The notes under the pieces: model-generated | The model's database searches: none | Told to the model about the DNA's origin: nothing | What the model saw: only the letters and a program-made list of their open reading frames with translations | Shown here: positions 1 to 10,331 of the stretch, piece after piece | How the letters are laid out: every line of letters begins with the position of its first letter | How positions within the stretch are numbered: the first letter of the stretch is position 1 | Virus record (IMG/VR): IMGVR_UViG_3300046758_000611 | Coordinates: 32,001-96,000 of that record | DNA length: 64,000 nt | Strand: one strand, 5' to 3' | From: a virus | Made by a program: the position numbers and the translations under genes

Positions 1-681
1 TTTTGTAAACTTCTTCATTGCTTTAAGTTCAGCATCAATGTTTTGTTCGTCTTTATGAGACAACAAACTCCAATGTACTTTCTTTTTGCAAAATGGAAGT
101 TCAAACTCAAACAAATTAGAACCACGTTCGTAATTTTCAAAATCAAATTCCTTTGGTTCGATCTTTGATAAATCAATTACATCTTGTACATCTTCGTTTG
201 TGGATGGGTCTTTAAACTTAATGTTATAATCTTTTCCGTAAGCAAGAATTCTGGCTGCTATAAAAATCGCATTTTTATCACCAACCAATACATCATCAAG
301 ATTAACACCTGGTGTTGCAATCAATGCTTCAAGAAGTTTGTCAAGAACGACTCCCTTTTTGATTAAATTTTGACTCGTAAGAATATCTTCTTCACGTGCA
401 GTCATGTATTTAATATCAATTTTACCAGATGCAAGTGGTGAATTTGGTTCATAAAACCAACCACGACTTGGTAAATCTACAACTTCAGTAGGATATTCTA
501 CCTTTTGCACAACATCAGTTGACTTACTTGCACTAGAAGGAGCAGTATTTTGCGTACTTGTTGCTTCTGTGCGTGTGCTTTGTGTTGTTGCACTTGAATT
601 TGCAGTTGATGCGTTATTGTTGCGTTGCAATGCCTCTCTTACTTCCTGAGGAATGTCTACTTTATCATTTTCATTTGCCAT
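1..681 (-). CDS. T4 gp26-like baseplate hub assembly protein (partial, runs off window start; missing from ORF track)
   Basis: Manual translation from ATG at 681: MANENDKVDIP...YPTEVVDLPSRGWFY...GKIDIKYMTAREEDILTSQNLIKKGVVLDKLL...GDKNAIFIAARILAYGKDY; frame open to position 1; motifs typical of T4-like gp26 family. Confidence 0.8.
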   Translation of the reverse strand, partial: MANENDKVDIPQEVREALQRNNNASTANSSATTQSTRTEATSTQNTAPSSASKSTDVVQKVEYPTEVVDLPSRGWFYEPNSPLASGKIDIKYMTAREEDILTSQNLIKKGVVLDKLLEALIATPGVNLDDVLVGDKNAIFIAARILAYGKDYNIKFKDPSTNEDVQDVIDLSKIEPKEFDFENYERGSNLFEFELPFCKKKVHWSLLSHKDEQNIDAELKAMKKFTK

Positions 682-716
682 AATTTGTAACCTTTTAAAT
701 TGTATATTTTATATAT

Positions 717-745
717 ACTATAAATATACATATATACGATGGCAA
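717..745 (-). promoter_or_regulatory. sigma70-type promoter TTGCCA-N17-TATAGT overlapping an ATATTTAT motif (720-727), upstream of gp26-like gene
   Basis: Hexamers at 740-745 and 717-722 with a 17-nt spacer. Confidence 0.5.
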
Positions 746-760
746 GTTTTTTTTACAAGT

Positions 761-1099
761 TTATGATTTTAATGCAAACTTTAAAATATCACTGTGTTCA
801 CTATAATCAAAAAACTCTTTATCTTTTTTATTCTTCCAAGATTTATATACCAAAATACCAAGTTTAGCATCACTAATTACTATTCGTTTTCCACCCTTAG
901 TAATAAACTCCATTCTACCGGAAGAAGTATCAACATCGTAATTTCTTTGAAATGTTCCTTTTTTAACTTTTGCCAACAAAAATTTAAGAAGTGAATTCAT
1001 TGCAGAACTAAGTCCTTCGGTTACTTCTGCTTTTTCGTATTCATTTTTTATTTCGCAAAAAAGTTCATTTACTGTTTTATTAAAGTTTGTTGTATCCAT
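761..1099 (-). CDS. hypothetical protein
   Basis: ORF 761..1105; likely start ATG 1099 (MDTT) 4 nt after the ATATTTAT motif at 1104-1111. Confidence 0.6.
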   Translation of the reverse strand: MDTTNFNKTVNELFCEIKNEYEKAEVTEGLSSAMNSLLKFLLAKVKKGTFQRNYDVDTSSGRMEFITKGGKRIVISDAKLGILVYKSWKNKKDKEFFDYSEHSDILKFALKS

Positions 1100-1117
1100 A
1101 ATCATAAATATATATTT

Positions 1118-1152
1118 AAAAAAAAAAACTTCTCAAGAAGAGAAGTTTTTTT
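1118..1152 (-). terminator. rho-independent terminator after tail tube gene
   Basis: Inverted repeat AAAACTTCTC-AAGAA-GAGAAGTTTT flanked by A/T runs. Confidence 0.8.
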
Positions 1153-1177
1153 AAGTTTAAAAAACTGGAAAGTTTTT

Positions 1178-1669
1178 TTAGTATTGGAGAATTGCGTAAT
1201 CGTATGAAAGAGTAAGTTCAACGGTTGAGAATTCACCGGTTGACCAATCAAGTGTACCTGGGTTCATGTTATTCACGAACGCACCCTTTATCGTCCACTC
1301 TTCAACATAATCACCGACAGGACCGAGAACGTTGATTGTAAGATCCTTTTTGTAGAAGTCAGCATAACCATTTCTTCCAGTAACAGATTCGTGAGAAAGA
1401 CGAATCCACTCCATTGCAGCCTGTGCTCCACTTGGAACTACCGGATCGTAAAGTGTGATTGAGATGTCCTGCCATTCTGCTTTACCTGCTCTAAGTTTGC
1501 GTTTAATATTGATATGATCAATTGTTTGAACGTCAATAGCAAGATTCGGACGTGCCGTTGCTTTAATAAGATAAGATGGAAGACCATCGATGTACATGAT
1601 AAAACGATTTTGTGTCTTCGGTTCAAATGCCGTAAAGAACATTTCCTGTGTTTCAACTACTTGTGCCAT
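1178..1669 (-). CDS. gp19: tail tube protein (gp19-like)
   Basis: 163 aa; FEPK..NRF, W.DI.ITLYDP, EEW.IKGAF, LTLSYDYA; downstream of sheath; GGAG RBS. Confidence 0.9.
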   Translation of the reverse strand: MAQVVETQEMFFTAFEPKTQNRFIMYIDGLPSYLIKATARPNLAIDVQTIDHINIKRKLRAGKAEWQDISITLYDPVVPSGAQAAMEWIRLSHESVTGRNGYADFYKKDLTINVLGPVGDYVEEWTIKGAFVNNMNPGTLDWSTGEFSTVELTLSYDYAILQY

Positions 1670-1786
1670 AATTTTATTTCTCCAGTTTTTGTGTTTAAAT
1701 TATATTCTATAAATATGTGATTAATTTTTGAAAAGTTGTTTTTTCATCTAATAATAATTATTTACAATAAACGAAAATATACATAT

Positions 1787-2485
1787 TTATTTTTCTTTTC
1801 TTAACTTTTGTCCAACGAGTTTAGCAGACCCATATAATACTGCTCCTACAAATTGAATATGTTGAGGTCCTGGCCATGGAAAGGACAACCCAACAACACC
1901 AGTCGCAAACAATGTTAGCAACGCCATGCCCTCAGGTCCTGCGAATAGTGTAGACAATGTAAATCCACCACCAAGTGCCATAATCATATCCCCCATATCA
2001 AAGTCGTAATCTGCATTTCCTGTAAATGTCATATTCAACCAAATATAAATTAATATACCTGCAACTGCCAATCCTGCTATTCTTTTTGTTTTTGGATGCT
2101 TGGCAAGGAATGCATCTAAGTCTTTTAATTTATCTTCAGTCCATCGTCCTACCTTTGTACTTGCAATATATTCACCAATTGCTTTAATAACTTGTTTATA
2201 TGCTTTAAATCCTGCTTTAACAATTGAAAACAACTTTGTCATACTAAATTTGATCTTAGCAAAAAACTTAAAAACTATTTTATTTTTAAAAAGTTTTACT
2301 AAATCTAGTAACTTTACTTTCACCAAATCTTTTAGTTCTTTTACGAAAGACCATATTTTTTTCAAAGACGATGGAATTGCAATTTCATTCAAGTTTGTTT
2401 CGTTCGTAATATTAATTGAATCAACAAATTTACAAAATTCATTATATTGAATTTCAGATACAATCTCAGTTAATGTCATTGTCAT
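1787..2485 (-). CDS. predicted membrane protein, unknown function
   Basis: 232 aa; amphipathic Lys/Phe-rich N-half, hydrophobic segments IAGLAVAGILIYIWLNM and MALLTLFATGVVGLSF; own ATATTTAT motif at 2490-2497. Confidence 0.7.
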   Translation of the reverse strand: MTMTLTEIVSEIQYNEFCKFVDSINITNETNLNEIAIPSSLKKIWSFVKELKDLVKVKLLDLVKLFKNKIVFKFFAKIKFSMTKLFSIVKAGFKAYKQVIKAIGEYIASTKVGRWTEDKLKDLDAFLAKHPKTKRIAGLAVAGILIYIWLNMTFTGNADYDFDMGDMIMALGGGFTLSTLFAGPEGMALLTLFATGVVGLSFPWPGPQHIQFVGAVLYGSAKLVGQKLRKEK

Positions 2486-2507
2486 AGCTATAAATATATA
2501 TGATCAC

Positions 2508-2541
2508 AAAAAAAAGACCCTCTAAACAGAGGGTCTTTTTT
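2508..2541 (-). terminator. rho-independent terminator after tail sheath gene
   Basis: AAAAAGACCCTCT-AAAC-AGAGGGTCTTTTT perfect stem. Confidence 0.85.
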
Positions 2542-2564
2542 CTTTTTTTGTTTACAATTACAAA

Positions 2565-5231
2565 TTATGCACCAAATGATGCTCCAGTTGACTGAACGTT
2601 AAAGTCAAGTACGATGTACTCAACTGCACGTGCAGGTTGGATGAAAATTTGTCCATACATAATGTTTCTGTCAATCATATCCGCAGTATTATTACTTTCG
2701 TCCATAATTACACGGAAAGCATACAATCCAAGTCTTTGTTGTACATTTTCAAGATAAGGATTAACTATACCCAAGAAACGATTACGTGTTGCGGTTACAT
2801 TTTGCTCGAAAATTAAGAATCGTGCAGAACTTGCAATGAACTTCTTAAGGTTGATAAGAAGACGTCTTACATTAATTCTATCCAATGCACTTGCATTTCT
2901 TTGCAATGTTTTCTGACCGAAAGCAACAATACCTTGACCAGGAAATGCGGCGATTGGGTTAACTTTACCTTCATAAAGTGTATCTCTTTCAGCAAAGTTT
3001 AATCTATCCATAACAGATACTGCTGACTCAATTCCACCACGATTAAGTCCGGCAGGAGCAAACCACTCAGCAGAACGTTGGTCATTAGAAGCATATACTG
3101 CCATCATCAATGCACTCGGAGGATATGGAACAATACGGTTAGTTGCCGGATCAATGATCTTAACCCAAGGATAATATGTAGCCGCATAGTTTGAATCAAG
3201 TGTAGATGCTTGTGAAACTGCATCGTCTACACGACCTGGTTGATTATGAGCACTTACACAATCAAGGATATAGAAGCAATCTTCACGGGTTTCACAAAGA
3301 TCAACACCACGATTAATTACAGTTCTATGAAGATCAAGACTCAATCCAGGTGTTACGAGCAAGTTAATATCAAACTCGTCCTGATTGCTTAATGCCTGAA
3401 ATGCACGAATATAACCTTGTGTCCCGGATGAAAATCGTCCAGAACAATCAAGACCCTGTACATTAGAAGGAGAAATATTTTTCCCTGTATTAATAGGATG
3501 TCCAGGAGCATGGCCATCAAATCCTTGTTGGAAACCAACCAAGAATCTTCTAAGTTTGCTTGTTTCAATTTCTTCAGAAACCGAAGGACTTGTATCAATA
3601 GCACTAACGGCAAATTCTTCAACTACTCCATCGACTTCCTCTTTATATGATCCGGGTTTGTCCATGTAATATCCAAGACCTGCTTCTCCAGCATCATTAG
3701 GGATCGGAGCAAACAGTTCAAAAGTGTCTTTCTGAGAACGTGGCATATCTAAAATACCATCTGGTGTATCTTCTGTAAATACCGCACCATTAAAGTAACG
3801 ACCTGGATTTCTTTCATATTGAGAAACATGACTGAAAATAGGTTGTGGAACTTCAAGTCCACCTACTGGTGACATATATGAAGCATGACCATAAGGCATT
3901 GCATTTGCAGGAGCAACCATATCAGGATTCAATTCAATACGAATCCAACGACTTGAGTTTCCATAGTCACCGTGCTCAGTTACTTTACCACGTGAGTCAA
4001 TTGTTGTAAAACGGTCACCTATTACACGTGCGACAAAGTTAGGACTAAGTGGGTCAAGTGTAAGAGCATCGTAGTTTTCAATTACATTTTGGGTTTTGTC
4101 GTTATCAAGAAATCCACGAACAACCAAACTAAATGTACCATAATCCGAACCAGAAATGCTACCAGGAGTTCTGACATTATATATACCAATTTTGATTTCA
4201 CGATTTGCACTTGTTCCCATATTACGAGTATAAACTCTAAACAAGTCGTATCTACGTCCACTAATTTCTTGGGACTGAATATAAGGTGTTACTGCTGGAC
4301 GACACGCAAACTCACCACCTTCACCGAATGTTGACAAATCAACTTCTTCTTCACCTTCTGCATTAAGAGTAGTATTTTGAAACTGCATTGTTTCTCCTTC
4401 ACCAATCGCAGCCTCTACATCACAACTTAAACGATAAGTTACACCTGCAAATACATTTGCATATATTCTTTCTTGTTCGTTTTCAAAATAGCAATGGAAA
4501 TATGCAGGTTCTACATTTTTCTTAGCAGCCCTACCAAATACATTATGCAAACTATCAGGATCACGTGGATCAAGTGAGAACGCATAATCACTAGGAATTT
4601 CATTTCCGTTTTCGTCTTCTTTATCTCCAACATTTTGAACAACTCCGTCTTCATCGGTAGTTCTTAATTTAAGTGTTGAACGAAGATTTGAACTAACAAC
4701 GGTATTTCCATCAGCATCTTCAGTTTCAGAATAAAACATTACATCAGTTAATGAGTCGACCTCAGAACCACGGAAACCACTAAGGTCTACAATTGACTCT
4801 CCACCAGGAGAAACAATCAAAGCATTTGCTAAGACACCGATAACACTATCGTCACCGACTTCAACTGGACAACTGCCACTTTCCAATCCGTAGTATGCTT
4901 CGTATTTTTCGTCATCTACTGATTCTACCGTTGCTTTAATAATGAGTGCATCTTTCTGCTCATATCCACCGAGTGATCCGACTCGTACTATTGTTACCAC
5001 ACCTTGTTGTTGTAAATATTCACTTGCAGTAAATGGTTGATAATAATCACCATCTGCTGTGCCAAATAAATCTTCCAACTCTGCGGCTGAAGTTACGATG
5101 GTTGGTGCATATGCGGGACCTCTGTTAAAAGGACCAACAACTGCTCCACCTATATTTTGAACTCCTTGTGAAAGAAGTGATGAATCGATTTCATTCGTGA
5201 AAACTGCTGGACTAATTGTTCGTTCTGCCAT
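2565..5231 (-). CDS. gp18: tail sheath protein (gp18-like)
   Basis: 888 aa; N-term SPAVFTNEID, C-term WFAPAGLNRG, VNPIAAFPGQG, ALDRINVRRLL, IQPARAVEYI. Confidence 0.93.
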   Translation of the reverse strand: MAERTISPAVFTNEIDSSLLSQGVQNIGGAVVGPFNRGPAYAPTIVTSAAELEDLFGTADGDYYQPFTASEYLQQQGVVTIVRVGSLGGYEQKDALIIKATVESVDDEKYEAYYGLESGSCPVEVGDDSVIGVLANALIVSPGGESIVDLSGFRGSEVDSLTDVMFYSETEDADGNTVVSSNLRSTLKLRTTDEDGVVQNVGDKEDENGNEIPSDYAFSLDPRDPDSLHNVFGRAAKKNVEPAYFHCYFENEQERIYANVFAGVTYRLSCDVEAAIGEGETMQFQNTTLNAEGEEEVDLSTFGEGGEFACRPAVTPYIQSQEISGRRYDLFRVYTRNMGTSANREIKIGIYNVRTPGSISGSDYGTFSLVVRGFLDNDKTQNVIENYDALTLDPLSPNFVARVIGDRFTTIDSRGKVTEHGDYGNSSRWIRIELNPDMVAPANAMPYGHASYMSPVGGLEVPQPIFSHVSQYERNPGRYFNGAVFTEDTPDGILDMPRSQKDTFELFAPIPNDAGEAGLGYYMDKPGSYKEEVDGVVEEFAVSAIDTSPSVSEEIETSKLRRFLVGFQQGFDGHAPGHPINTGKNISPSNVQGLDCSGRFSSGTQGYIRAFQALSNQDEFDINLLVTPGLSLDLHRTVINRGVDLCETREDCFYILDCVSAHNQPGRVDDAVSQASTLDSNYAATYYPWVKIIDPATNRIVPYPPSALMMAVYASNDQRSAEWFAPAGLNRGGIESAVSVMDRLNFAERDTLYEGKVNPIAAFPGQGIVAFGQKTLQRNASALDRINVRRLLINLKKFIASSARFLIFEQNVTATRNRFLGIVNPYLENVQQRLGLYAFRVIMDESNNTADMIDRNIMYGQIFIQPARAVEYIVLDFNVQSTGASFGA

Positions 5232-5343
5232 TTCTGGATTCTCCTGTTTGGGTTGTTATGTATTGTATAATTAAAGTTTGACCTTTTTTAGAATAAATAT
5301 TCCTAAAAATTTTCAAAGTTTAATATTTATAGACAAATAGTAA

Positions 5344-5616
5344 TTATTTTTTAATATATACCCCAAATTGTACATCTATTTCACCGTCACCATATTTTTC
5401 AAACAAACGTTCCTTAAATAAAATTTCTCGTTTTGTTATGTCATTAAAATCGGTATGTGCTTCACTTGTTAAATTTTCAATATTTGACAATTTGTCTTTA
5501 AGTTGCTTTTTTTCAATTTCAAGTTCACCTAGTGATAATACGATTTGTTGGTAATCGGAGTTTAATCTCGTAATTTCAGATATTTCATCTTTACTTAATT
5601 CTATTTTATTTTCCAT
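5344..5616 (-). CDS. small coiled-coil phage protein
   Basis: About 90 aa coiled coil ending L.EKYGDGEID; preceded by sigma70-type promoter. Confidence 0.65.
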   Translation of the reverse strand: MENKIELSKDEISEITRLNSDYQQIVLSLGELEIEKKQLKDKLSNIENLTSEAHTDFNDITKREILFKERLFEKYGDGEIDVQFGVYIKK

Positions 5617-5623
5617 CAAATTA

Positions 5624-5652
5624 ATGATATGTAATAATTAACAAAAAATCAA
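5624..5652 (-). promoter_or_regulatory. sigma70-type promoter TTGATT-N17-TATCAT
   Basis: Hexamers at 5647-5652 and 5624-5629 with a 17-nt spacer. Confidence 0.5.
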
Positions 5653-5664
5653 GTATAAATAATT

Positions 5665-6900
5665 TTAAAGTTTTACTAAATTAATTTTCACTATTTGAAC
5701 AGATGATTCATGTACTTCTATATTCAATTTATATTCAGCATTTATAGTCTGTTCGTATATTTCACTTGGTTTTAACTGAATTTCATTTCCAAGATAATCC
5801 CACACAAATACTTCATCTTCATTTTCATTTATTTTAGTTGTTATGTAAAATTGTGACTCTTCTGTTTCTATCGTATAAAACTCCTCATCCATCTGAAGAC
5901 GAAGTTCATATTTGTTTTCGGTATTGTTAATAAATACATTTTGCGTTTTTCTATCTAATATAATATTTTTCAAACCAGTTGTGCTTGTATTATTTAAATG
6001 TTCATTTTTAAAACTTGAACTATTTTTATCATATTCTACACCCCAAACAATTTTTCTTGGTGTCAGAGAAAGTTTAGATGTAGTTTTATTATCAAATATC
6101 TCAGGTAATAAAAAGGCATTTACAGTTGCACTAAATGTGGTAGTCACATTTCTATCTTCCCCCTCGGCAGATTCAACCGAATTAGAGAAACTATCTATTT
6201 TAGTTTTAAATTTAAATCCAGATGGATCACCCCAGTAGTCATCACTTGCAAATGTTATTTTTTCTACAAGAGTATTCATCTGTTCAACGTATTCCGTTGA
6301 CATGGTAAAATCATAAGTTAAATCAACACGGTCTGGGAATGTAATATTATGAACTTGGTAAACTTTATTTACATCGTTTAACAAACTAAATCGGTCATAC
6401 ATATTTTTTGAATCAAACTTTTTAACAAACGGAACACTTAATTGATTATTGATTGGTGAAAAGTTATCATCTTTAGTTACACTCGTTCTTATAAAAATAA
6501 TCATTGGCCTTTGTGCCTGTCCCTTTGTATCACGAAAAAAACCATCATTTTGAATTGCACTCCATCGTTCAGGTGAAGCATGACGAACAGGAACTGTTAC
6601 AAGTGACCCACCCGTGTCAACTACTTCGGGTTTTATTACTTTTACAAAATAGTCATACAATATATTATCAATATCAAGTAAAGTTATAGAATAATCACTA
6701 AATGAAGTATTTTCCATTCTCATTTTCTCGGCACGGTTATCAGAATAATCCGAAGACTTAGATTGTTTGATATTTGATAATTGTTGATTATTATCTAAAT
6801 TTGGTGGTAATTTACCCAAAGAACTTGTAAATTCGTCTTTATTAGTCGACAAATTTCTTAATGTAATAAATGGATTATTAACTGAATTGAAATTTCCCAC
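5665..6900 (-). CDS. tail terminator / sheath stabiliser (gp15-like)
   Basis: 411 aa; VPV..ASPERW, P.RVDLTYDF, QMN.LVE, YWGDP; located between neck genes and sheath. Confidence 0.6.
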   Translation of the reverse strand: MGNFNSVNNPFITLRNLSTNKDEFTSSLGKLPPNLDNNQQLSNIKQSKSSDYSDNRAEKMRMENTSFSDYSITLLDIDNILYDYFVKVIKPEVVDTGGSLVTVPVRHASPERWSAIQNDGFFRDTKGQAQRPMIIFIRTSVTKDDNFSPINNQLSVPFVKKFDSKNMYDRFSLLNDVNKVYQVHNITFPDRVDLTYDFTMSTEYVEQMNTLVEKITFASDDYWGDPSGFKFKTKIDSFSNSVESAEGEDRNVTTTFSATVNAFLLPEIFDNKTTSKLSLTPRKIVWGVEYDKNSSSFKNEHLNNTSTTGLKNIILDRKTQNVFINNTENKYELRLQMDEEFYTIETEESQFYITTKINENEDEVFVWDYLGNEIQLKPSEIYEQTINAEYKLNIEVHESSVQIVKINLVKL

Positions 6901-7367
6901 TATAAATTCCTTTCCGATATATTAAGTTTGCTTAATCTCGTAAGATGACCATTACACAATAAACTAAAGTTTTTTTCTGGTTGACCACCTAAAAATTGAT
7001 TTTCAGTAATTGCACTTATTTCAAAATAAGAATTTTCCCAAAATATAATGTCACCATTTTCAGGATAAAATCCTTTAAGTTCACATAATTTTTGATGAAA
7101 ACGAAATATAACTCCTTTTTTTACATCAGGTCCAAATCCTTCATAACTCGTGGTTTCTGGATTCGTTTCAACTAAACAAGAAGTTTCAATACCAGGATAA
7201 TAAAATTTATTTATGCTTTCACCATATACATTTTCATGTGTGTGTGATGTATCTATTTTAAATAAAATAATTATTTGTTCTATTATATCAAGCATTAATT
7301 CACCGGAAAGACTATTCATTAAACGAACATCTCTTCTTGAAAAGTATCTTCCTCGTGATCTTGACAT
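6900..7367 (-). CDS. head closure / neck protein (gp14-like)
   Basis: 155 aa; ENVYGES..K, YPENGDIIFWENSYFEI; position in neck module. Confidence 0.6.
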   Translation of the reverse strand: MSRSRGRYFSRRDVRLMNSLSGELMLDIIEQIIILFKIDTSHTHENVYGESINKFYYPGIETSCLVETNPETTSYEGFGPDVKKGVIFRFHQKLCELKGFYPENGDIIFWENSYFEISAITENQFLGGQPEKNFSLLCNGHLTRLSKLNISERNL

Positions 7368-7370
7368 TTT

Positions 7371-8747
7371 TTATCCTATATACAAAAAGTTTGGTACTTT
7401 TCTTAAATTTTCTTGTAAGTTATCAGAGATTTGATTTAACGACTCACTTGTTGTACTGCGACTTGTGACTTCTAAATCTTCTCTTAACTCTGTTATTAAT
7501 TGTTCTTTTTCGGTGGCAGCCTCTGATCTTAGTGCATCTCCATCTAATGATGTTTCTCCACCTGGTATTGGTAAACTTTGATATTTTGATCGCACAGAAC
7601 CCAATAATTCTTTACACAATGCCAAGTAATATTTCATAATCCAACGTTTCCCAACATCATTGATTGTGGAAAAACTATGAAATTGATATGGTGCATTACT
7701 TACATCCGTAATTGCATCGGAAGACGAATATGATAAACCTGAGTCATATGATTTAGGTGTTCCATCATTTAAACCAGTTTGTGTATTATCAACAACCACT
7801 TGCTCGGTCGTTTCCTCGGTAACTTCCGTTTGAGTTTTCGGCATAACATTAAATTCATCAGCATCTACATAACCCTGAACTGCGGCTATATCTCGTTCTC
7901 TTTTAAATACATAATCAAAATATAAAGTATAATCTTTAGTTGGTATTGGAAAAATTGTAAGTTTATTGTTAATTAATTCAAAACTATAAGCACTTCTTCT
8001 TATCTGTTCATTAAATTCAATTGCCTGTAAACGAAGTAAATCTTCATTGATTGGTCTTAATAAAAACTGAGTACCTTTTGGTGACATACCACTCCAACCA
8101 AATTCACTTAGCATATTTGATGCAGACATACCAGAGTTGGACATTGGGTCATAGATTTTATTTATACTCGGAGGTGGTTCGTGAAATACTCTTTTTACTT
8201 CTATTTTTTCTAACTTTTTTTCACCGGTGTGTGGGTCTTCATAGTAATAATTAAACATTCCTTGTAAATCATATGTTTGAACACCCCGTTTGACTTCAAG
8301 GCCTGCCCGTCTCCAATCAACATTTCCACCTGCCCCCACTTCAGCACCATATGCCTCGGACAATTTTAAATAAAATGGTAATGGTTGAGTTTGTAAAACA
8401 GATGTAGTTAAATTTACACTTGTAGATGTACCACGTAAACTATACATATTTTGCTTAATTGAGAATTGATTTATTTGAGCACTATATTCAGTTACTGCTT
8501 CTTCATAACAAGCATAAAATTGAACATCTATCATTTCAACATCCACGATGGGAAAACCAAGACGAGTTGCAGCCCAAGCTGCGGCCTTTGGAGCAAAGGA
8601 CACAAATTCAACATCATTATCAAAAAACCCAAACGGAGTTTTTCCTATTGGTGATGATGTTTTACCGTCCCAACGAACTCTTTCAAGTTCATGCATTTTA
8701 TCATTGGGACTTTGGGTTTCTTCTTCATATTCTTCGTTGTTTTCCAT
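7371..8747 (-). CDS. neck / head-tail adaptor protein (gp13-like)
   Basis: 458 aa; RLGFPIVDVE, WIMKYYLALCKELLG.VRSKY..LPIPGGE..LDG. Confidence 0.75.
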   Translation of the reverse strand: MENNEEYEEETQSPNDKMHELERVRWDGKTSSPIGKTPFGFFDNDVEFVSFAPKAAAWAATRLGFPIVDVEMIDVQFYACYEEAVTEYSAQINQFSIKQNMYSLRGTSTSVNLTTSVLQTQPLPFYLKLSEAYGAEVGAGGNVDWRRAGLEVKRGVQTYDLQGMFNYYYEDPHTGEKKLEKIEVKRVFHEPPPSINKIYDPMSNSGMSASNMLSEFGWSGMSPKGTQFLLRPINEDLLRLQAIEFNEQIRRSAYSFELINNKLTIFPIPTKDYTLYFDYVFKRERDIAAVQGYVDADEFNVMPKTQTEVTEETTEQVVVDNTQTGLNDGTPKSYDSGLSYSSSDAITDVSNAPYQFHSFSTINDVGKRWIMKYYLALCKELLGSVRSKYQSLPIPGGETSLDGDALRSEAATEKEQLITELREDLEVTSRSTTSESLNQISDNLQENLRKVPNFLYIG

Positions 8748-8794
8748 GAATATAAATATGATAAAGAAATATATTAAGTATTTTAATTATGAAT

Positions 8795-8826
8795 AAAAAA
8801 AGAGAGGTCCCGAAGAACCTCTCTTT
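8795..8826 (-). terminator. rho-independent terminator after major capsid gene
   Basis: AAAGAGAGGT-CCCGAAGA-ACCTCTCTTT stem with A run (U tail on minus strand). Confidence 0.8.
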
Positions 8827-8851
8827 AAATTTTTGATCGTTTGCTCTAAGA

Positions 8852-10279
8852 TTAAATCTTATCTGCGTTATTAACAGAGATCTTACCATAGAATTCAGGA
8901 CGTACCATTTTCTTAGCATAACGAGTCATAACCCCACGACGTGGTGTGAAGTTCACTGGATCGTATACCAATGGTGTTTGAATTAATGGGATATATGGAG
9001 CATAAACCGCACCTGTTTCTAAGAAGTTTGCACCTCTGAAACCTACGAGAACGTCACCACTTGTCATGTATGGGTTCTTGTAAACTTGGAAACGATTGTT
9101 CAATGCACCTACCTTGGTAACACCCATTGCGAACTGAGACTGATTTCCGTCTGTATCAGCTGCATATCCTGGGATACTCTCAAGAACGGTAGCAACTTGT
9201 GGAGAACATACGAGGAAGTTTGCACCACCACGAAGAGTCAATTGATGAATTTTGTTACTCATTGATTGAATCTTTGTTCCGAGTTTCTGGAACAATGTTC
9301 CTTGAGTTTCACCACCTTGTAATCCAGCGGTTGCGTCAAATGCAGTTGCATCAACGGTACCAGCATTAACGATAAGCATATCAAGAATTTCCAAGTCAAT
9401 TTCCATTGAAACATACTCGGAAAGAAGTGATGTTAATTCTGCTTCTGCGTCAATACTATGATAAGCATTAAGGTCTTGTGCCAACTCAGGTGTCCACACT
9501 GCTTTTAACTTACGTGTTTTTGCAACGATTGGTTCACTTTTAAGTTCCAAGTTAACTTCAGGGATACCAGCATCTTGTGATCCTGTTACTGCACCTTCGG
9601 TAGCATCGTCAGCTGCTTCAAAGTCACCACGTGTGATGTCTGTTGTTGCGACATGATAATGAAGTGTTCCGTCAGCAGTTGCTTTGTTGTCTCCGTCAAG
9701 AGAAGTTTCTGCTCCACCTCCGTCTACAACTTTAAATGCACGAACACCGTCAAGGTCTGCGTCAGTTGCAACGTCAACTCCAACTTCTTGACCAGTTGTG
9801 ATAGCAACTGTTTGGTCGTTAAGAGAATAACCATGACGACCTGCTCCGTAAAGACCACCTTCTGCTTTGTCAGTTGATTTTGTTGCTCCAGAACCACCAA
9901 ACAAACTACCACTTGCTTGACGTGATTGTGCTGTTCCGTATTTGAAGTCTAAATAGAAAATCAATCCTGATGGAAGATTCATTGGTTGAACCGAAACGAA
10001 TTCCTTCGCAGCGATTTCTGCAAATACACGACGAACGAGAGGAAGTGCTACTCCACTCCATTCTTCTGATCCAGAAGATGTTCCTGTACGTGAACCTTCA
10101 TCAATTAATTGCTTTGCCTGATTTTCAAGAAGAATTGCCATTCCACTTTTTTCTGTATCTGTATCGATACCTTCTAATAAACCAGTCTTTTCCCACTTTG
10201 AAACTAACCCACGGGTTTCTGCCATAAGTTTTTGTTGTGGATTCTGACTGTTTTGTAATAATTTACTAATCTCACTCAT
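8852..10279 (-). CDS. gp23: major capsid protein (T4 gp23-like)
   Basis: 475 aa; KWEKTGLLEG, LPLVRRVF, VQPMNLPSGLIFYLDF, AKTRKLKAVWTPELAQDLNAYH, YAPYIPL, FTPRRGVMTRY. Confidence 0.96.
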   Translation of the reverse strand: MSEISKLLQNSQNPQQKLMAETRGLVSKWEKTGLLEGIDTDTEKSGMAILLENQAKQLIDEGSRTGTSSGSEEWSGVALPLVRRVFAEIAAKEFVSVQPMNLPSGLIFYLDFKYGTAQSRQASGSLFGGSGATKSTDKAEGGLYGAGRHGYSLNDQTVAITTGQEVGVDVATDADLDGVRAFKVVDGGGAETSLDGDNKATADGTLHYHVATTDITRGDFEAADDATEGAVTGSQDAGIPEVNLELKSEPIVAKTRKLKAVWTPELAQDLNAYHSIDAEAELTSLLSEYVSMEIDLEILDMLIVNAGTVDATAFDATAGLQGGETQGTLFQKLGTKIQSMSNKIHQLTLRGGANFLVCSPQVATVLESIPGYAADTDGNQSQFAMGVTKVGALNNRFQVYKNPYMTSGDVLVGFRGANFLETGAVYAPYIPLIQTPLVYDPVNFTPRRGVMTRYAKKMVRPEFYGKISVNNADKI

Positions 10280-10331
10280 TTTATTTTTTCCTTTTGAATT
10301 TTAGTTGTTGTTTTTTCTAACAGTTTTTAAA

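Noticed and set aside
184-366. Plus-strand 60-aa ORF and other short plus-strand ORFs
   Set aside because: They overlap well-supported minus-strand genes (here the gp26-like gene) and show no recognisable features.
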